Below, one piece after another: positions 53,843-57,735 of a DNA stretch of 57,735 nt; the stretch's first letter is position 1, and the number at the start of each line of letters is the position of its first letter. Position numbers and translations under genes: made by a program. The notes under the pieces are model-generated. The model did no database searches, was not told the DNA's origin, and saw only the letters and a list, made by a program, of their open reading frames with translations. The stretch covers positions 1 through 57,735 of IMG/VR virus record IMGVR_UViG_3300018083_000004; one strand, written 5' to 3'. Source of the stretch: a virus. Its lineage: Duplodnaviria; Caudoviricetes.

Positions 53843-53853
53843 AGGAGGCGATC

Positions 53854-54906
53854 GTGAGTGCACAATTGAATAACGTCATCGATTTCGGCGCATCTAAAGC
53901 GCTCGCTGCCCTGCAGCGGATTGTTCAGGCCGAGGCCGCCAGCGGCGAGTCCGCTAAGCGGACACGAGAAGATTGGCGAGAGTACGGCGCCGAGCTTCTG
54001 GAGGCCCGCGCCAAGATGCCAAACAACAAAGAATTCGGTCGGTGGATTACCGAGAACGGACTCGATGTCGCACCGGCAACTACACCCGGCGTGCGCAGCG
54101 ATGCTATGTGGCTGGCCGAACAATGGCTTCAGTTCTGTCTTACGGACCTCCATAAGACAGGTTTGAACCGGCCAGATGACATCCGCAAAGCCTGCCGTAA
54201 GGCCGGCTATGACTGGGCGATAACGAGGAAACCAGACCCGGCTCCGCCCACACCGACGACTGTTGGGTGGACTGTGGCTGTACAGCATCATCTCGGCGGG
54301 ATGATGCCGAAGGGCTGCGCGAGCAAAACGCTCATTAACCAGAAGGCCAAGATCGAAGCTGAACTAGGACACGAGATCCCGAAAAGCGTCGTACTGGATA
54401 GCGAGGAGGCCCGAGAGATCGCCGCCGCCGTGCGGCGTCGCGCCGATAAACTCAACCCGACAGCAGCCCTAGCTGCAGCGGAGCGCGCGCATTCGGAAGT
54501 GCAGGCAGAGGTGGCAACGTTCCCAGAATCGGCAAAAGCCAAGTTTGAACGCTTGGTAGCAAAAGACCACGCCGCTATGCAAGTGCGTTATCAGTATGAC
54601 CTTGAGAACGGCATTGAGAAAGGCATCAAAGCCAAAGTCGATGAACGTTTCAAGCTCCAACAGGAGTATTTGAACGAGCGCCAAACGAAGATGAATATAG
54701 AACACGGACAACTGGCCATCCGTGAGAAGACGCTCGATCAGTGGATGACCAAGGAAGAATTCAAACTGGTGCTTGGATGCCTGCATCCGGATCGCCAGCC
54801 GGAGGATCAGCGCGCGAAGTACGACCGGGCCTTTCAGATTTTCAAACGGCTTGAACAACATCTAGAGCCGGATGGTCGAGTGCTACGGGGGCGGGGGTGG
54901 TCATGA
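53854..54906 (+). CDS. Hypothetical protein with a coiled coil and C-terminal HPD motif
   Basis: AGGAGG RBS; G.ELLEAR....EFGRWI N-terminal motif; CLHPDR near the C-terminus. Confidence 0.75.
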   Translation: MSAQLNNVIDFGASKALAALQRIVQAEAASGESAKRTREDWREYGAELLEARAKMPNNKEFGRWITENGLDVAPATTPGVRSDAMWLAEQWLQFCLTDLHKTGLNRPDDIRKACRKAGYDWAITRKPDPAPPTPTTVGWTVAVQHHLGGMMPKGCASKTLINQKAKIEAELGHEIPKSVVLDSEEAREIAAAVRRRADKLNPTAALAAAERAHSEVQAEVATFPESAKAKFERLVAKDHAAMQVRYQYDLENGIEKGIKAKVDERFKLQQEYLNERQTKMNIEHGQLAIREKTLDQWMTKEEFKLVLGCLHPDRQPEDQRAKYDRAFQIFKRLEQHLEPDGRVLRGRGWS

Positions 54907-55097
54907 AACACACCCACGCTTACGGCCGCTTGGCCAACAACTGGTTTACCAAGCAATTTAGCTTGACCGCCTACAAGCCCCTATGCGGAGCATCGTTTAC
55001 TGGCGAACGGTTTTACGATGATCTGAGCACCGATCCACAGAAGATAACCTGCGGGCGATGCAATAAACTCGTCATCGAATTGGGTGAACGCAAGTGA
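54903..55097 (+). CDS. Hypothetical protein
   Basis: ATGA overlap; PLCG...ITCGRC. Confidence 0.55.
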   Translation: MKHTHAYGRLANNWFTKQFSLTAYKPLCGASFTGERFYDDLSTDPQKITCGRCNKLVIELGERK

Positions 55098-55336
55098 AAC
55101 TCGATCGCCGCCAACTACAGGATCTAATGGAGATCCTCGAAGCCGCCGCGGCATACCACCGCGAACAGTGGTCCGCTTTCGCGCGCCACTCCATCGGCGA
55201 TCTGGCGGCGGAAGAAAAACGCCTGCACGAATCAGCGCAACTGCTGCTCGGGATCGCGCAGACCGACGCGACCGAACGGGACACGCCGACTCAGAGGCCG
55301 CCGCACGCCCCTCCACAGAAGAAACAGGAAGGATAG
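55094..55336 (+). CDS. Hypothetical protein
   Basis: GTGA overlap; helical ORF. Confidence 0.5.
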   Translation: MKLDRRQLQDLMEILEAAAAYHREQWSAFARHSIGDLAAEEKRLHESAQLLLGIAQTDATERDTPTQRPPHAPPQKKQEG

Positions 55337-55340
55337 GGCC

Positions 55341-55781
55341 ATGCCATTCGCCTACTCATTCGGAGATATCGTTAACGTCGCTGATGATCCTCGGGATTCT
55401 GCCGTGCCGACCGGAACAGTCGTCGGCCGCGCCGAATACGATGCGAACACCAACGAATACTTGATCGAGCGCGATGATGGTGAGGGAGGCACGATTCAGG
55501 AATGGTGGAACGAGGATCAACTAAGTTCAGATGAAATAAATCAGGGCGGCGGTGGCGTTAAGCTACCTGGCGAGGGCGACCCTGGCGTCACGGCGTTCGC
55601 CTACGAAATCGGAGACACCATCAAACATAACAACTCCGCTAACACCGGCCGCATCATCGGGCGAGGCGAGTACGCTAGTATGCAAAACGATTATCTGGTA
55701 GAGCACGACGACGGCACCGGAACTATCATTCAGAGCTGGTGGGACGAGCCCAACGTAGGGCCATTGCCGGAGCCACAATGA
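55341..55781 (+). CDS. Acidic protein with two tandem SH3/KOW-like domains
   Basis: FAY..GD...G...GR.EY....N.YL.E.DDG.G..IQ.WW.E occurs twice. Confidence 0.75.
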   Translation: MPFAYSFGDIVNVADDPRDSAVPTGTVVGRAEYDANTNEYLIERDDGEGGTIQEWWNEDQLSSDEINQGGGGVKLPGEGDPGVTAFAYEIGDTIKHNNSANTGRIIGRGEYASMQNDYLVEHDDGTGTIIQSWWDEPNVGPLPEPQ

Positions 55782-55868
55782 CTTGGTACGCCGCACTGTC
55801 ATTTTTCGCAATTACGGCAACTTACGCTCAATTCGATTCTAACGGCAGCGAAGCATAGAGGAAACAAG

Positions 55869-56072
55869 ATGTCCGCAAGACCAGCATCACCAGCGCATTA
55901 CGCCGTCAATTACTGGGCCAGCAGCTTCGGCGAGAAGATCCTCGCTCAGGAAATAATTGTCGAAGCGATCGATGCGTTGGACGCAGCGCGCATAGTAATG
56001 CGAAGGATAGTTAACGGCCCCATTACTTGCGATGTTCTAATTCTCAGCGTCAATCCCCATTCGCAGGCCTGA
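55869..56072 (+). CDS. Hypothetical protein
   Basis: GAGGA RBS. Confidence 0.5.
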   Translation: MSARPASPAHYAVNYWASSFGEKILAQEIIVEAIDALDAARIVMRRIVNGPITCDVLILSVNPHSQA

Positions 56073-56074
56073 AC

Positions 56075-56329
56075 ATGTTCACAGCACAACGCCATCCCGA
56101 AAGCACGCCCCTCTGGCAATGGTTCCTGGCCGGCATGATCGGAGCATTGCTCATGCTCGCGATCCAGGAGCACTCGCAGCTGCGCGTCAGCAATATGGAC
56201 ACTGTTGGCCAACGCTCCGAGTGCCCGGAGCACGATCAACGCGGGCGCTCTCTAGCCGGTGCGGCGTTGACGCCGGACGGGCAGGCGTATCGGTGCGTGT
56301 ACTTTCCGGCGGAGAAGAGGCGGCTGTGA
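56075..56329 (+). CDS. Single-TM hypothetical protein
   Basis: LWQWFLAGMIGALLMLAI TM segment; two Cys in the distal domain. Confidence 0.5.
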   Translation: MFTAQRHPESTPLWQWFLAGMIGALLMLAIQEHSQLRVSNMDTVGQRSECPEHDQRGRSLAGAALTPDGQAYRCVYFPAEKRRL

Positions 56330-56529
56330 ACTGGATCATTGCGCTTTTTACCGAGCGATCGGCCTGCGCTTACTGCGGCGCCGACTTCGGCTGGCGGTGG
56401 AGATGGTCAGACACCTGGCATCACCCAGCGAACTTCACTTACAACTGCTGTCAGCCTCGCGCCGTCTTTTCCGAGATCAAAGCGCGGCGGGAGAAGTCCA
56501 ACCCTCCCGCAACCGAAGGCGACTCATGA
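56326..56529 (+). CDS. Cys/Trp-rich hypothetical protein
   Basis: GTGA overlap; CAYCG...CC. Confidence 0.45.
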   Translation: MNWIIALFTERSACAYCGADFGWRWRWSDTWHHPANFTYNCCQPRAVFSEIKARREKSNPPATEGDS

Positions 56530-56675
56530 GCCGCCGCTATCAGTGTCACCGCTGCAAACGCCGCTTCTGGTTCTGGTCTGGCCTGCGCTGGCATATGCTG
56601 TTGGAGCACCCGGTACAGTTGGCCGGCTACTCGGGTTTTTCGCATCCGTTTCATAGGAGAAGCTGTCATGACTAG
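56526..56675 (+). CDS. Classical C2H2 zinc-finger mini-protein
   Basis: YQCHRCKRRFWFWSGLRWHMLLEH = Y-x-C-x2-C-x3-F-x5-L-x2-H-x4-H; ATGA overlap with the upstream gene. Confidence 0.65.
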   Translation: MSRRYQCHRCKRRFWFWSGLRWHMLLEHPVQLAGYSGFSHPFHRRSCHD

Positions 56676-56943
56676 ACGTTCCGATCTGCGTGTATGTGGC
56701 GTTATCATCGTATCCGCTTGGGATCTCAGGCGCGCTGCTCGCCGCGTGTTCCCTGGCAGCATTGCTAATCAAAGACGCTGGATGCGCGCATGGTTGATGC
56801 GGCCTCGCGAGGTGCGCGTGGCCATCGCGTCATGTCTTGCGAAAGAGCCGGATCGTTTCTCCCGTGAGTCTCACATACCCGAGGAGACGCGCTTTAGATT
56901 GTCCTCGCGCGTCCAGGAATATATCGACGCCGGCCCACAATAG
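56668..56943 (+). CDS. Hypothetical basic protein
   Basis: AGGAG RBS; Arg-rich. Confidence 0.55.
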   Translation: MTRRSDLRVCGVIIVSAWDLRRAARRVFPGSIANQRRWMRAWLMRPREVRVAIASCLAKEPDRFSRESHIPEETRFRLSSRVQEYIDAGPQ

Positions 56944-57044
56944 AAAATTCCTTCGTGAAAGATATGGACTGGATCGACGTTGTCTTTGCTGCCGTTCTAA
57001 TCATCGTTTTCATCTTCACTGCATTGACAGCCTCATAAACACAT

Positions 57045-57735
57045 ATGAGCACGATCGACCCTAGCGATAGATCGCACTGGCTTGGCGGGTCAGATATTTC
57101 CAGCATCCTGGGCCTGTCCTCATTTGGAGGCTCGCCTCTCAAAGTTTTTCTCGCGAAGACTGGTCAACTAGATCCATCGGAGGACGAGATTTCCCGCGAA
57201 CAGGCGAAGCTCTTTCGGCGCGGAAAACTTTTGGAACCGATCGTTTTGCAAATGCTGGTCGACGAGCATCGGGTGCAACTGGTCAAGCGCAGCGAGCCTG
57301 GCCATCAAAACCGCTATTACGATCACTTCCATCCATGGATGAGCGCCGAGATCGATGCCGAAATCGCGGTGACGCCCAAACTGCAAGCGCAATTCCCGCA
57401 GTTGGAAGATTTGCCCGTGGGCGAGATCGTCAATGTCGAAGTCAAAACCGTCCACCACTTTGCCGCCGAACAATTCGGCGAGGACGGCTCGAGCGACGTT
57501 CCTGTTCAATATGCGGCGCAAGTAATGTGGGGTCTCGGCATCACCAATCGAAAGCACTGCATCGTGGCCGCGCTGATCGGCGTCGACAACCTGTGCCTGT
57601 ATCACATACGAGCGGACGCGGAGACGATTCACGGCATGCGGGAGAAGGCATGCGCATTCTGGTACGACCACGTAATGGCCAATGACCCACCGCCACCGAT
57701 CCGACTGGAAGACGTCATACGCACCCTATTCCGAC
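57045..57735 (+). CDS. YqaJ-like exonuclease, N-terminal part (343 aa in total across the junction)
   Basis: LGGSDISSILGLS, RGKLLEP, SAEIDA, VEVKT, QYAAQVMW motifs; absent from the ORF track because it wraps. Confidence 0.9.
   Translation, partial: MSTIDPSDRSHWLGGSDISSILGLSSFGGSPLKVFLAKTGQLDPSEDEISREQAKLFRRGKLLEPIVLQMLVDEHRVQLVKRSEPGHQNRYYDHFHPWMSAEIDAEIAVTPKLQAQFPQLEDLPVGEIVNVEVKTVHHFAAEQFGEDGSSDVPVQYAAQVMWGLGITNRKHCIVAALIGVDNLCLYHIRADAETIHGMREKACAFWYDHVMANDPPPPIRLEDVIRTLFR
57613..57735. repeat. Terminal direct repeat (copy 2)
   Basis: Identical to 1-123. Confidence 0.97.

Noticed and set aside
57613-57735. 123-nt terminal repeat as a biological DTR
   Set aside because: It falls in the middle of the YqaJ gene, and the HNH/P27-terS/terL set points to cos packaging, so an assembler overlap is the better explanation.

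Overview
The window looks like a complete, circularly permuted genome of about 57.6 kb from a temperate lambdoid siphophage with an HK97-type head and lambda-type tail. Nucleotides 1-123 are identical to 57613-57735, and a YqaJ exonuclease ORF reads through that junction. The host is probably a (Beta)proteobacterium, inferred from the Rz/Rz1 spanins, IHF sites and tRNA-Val attP. The plus strand carries the repressor, a PL-like early operon, YqaJ/RecT, an SbcC-like ATPase, excisionase, integrase and an attP containing a full-length tRNA-Val(CAC)-like sequence. The minus strand carries cro/cII-like genes, an O-like replication protein with origin repeats, a Q-like gene and late promoter, HNH, a ParB-DNA methyltransferase, terminase, head and tail genes. 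The most unusual part is a cassette between the portal and the prohead protease. It encodes a protein with about 100 Gly-aromatic-Ser collagen-like triplets, a methyltransferase-GT2-GT9(N) fusion and a separate GT9(C) half, which together suggest a phage-encoded fibre glycosylation system. Other oddities are a 7 kb block of accessory virion/lectin genes, a gpL with nested domain insertions, a GH-A glycosidase among the tail genes, a split lysis module with an aberrant M15 endolysin, an antisense two-gene membrane moron carrying an operator, and a classical C2H2 zinc-finger mini-protein. All calls come from motif recognition and synteny by eye; no database searches were run.
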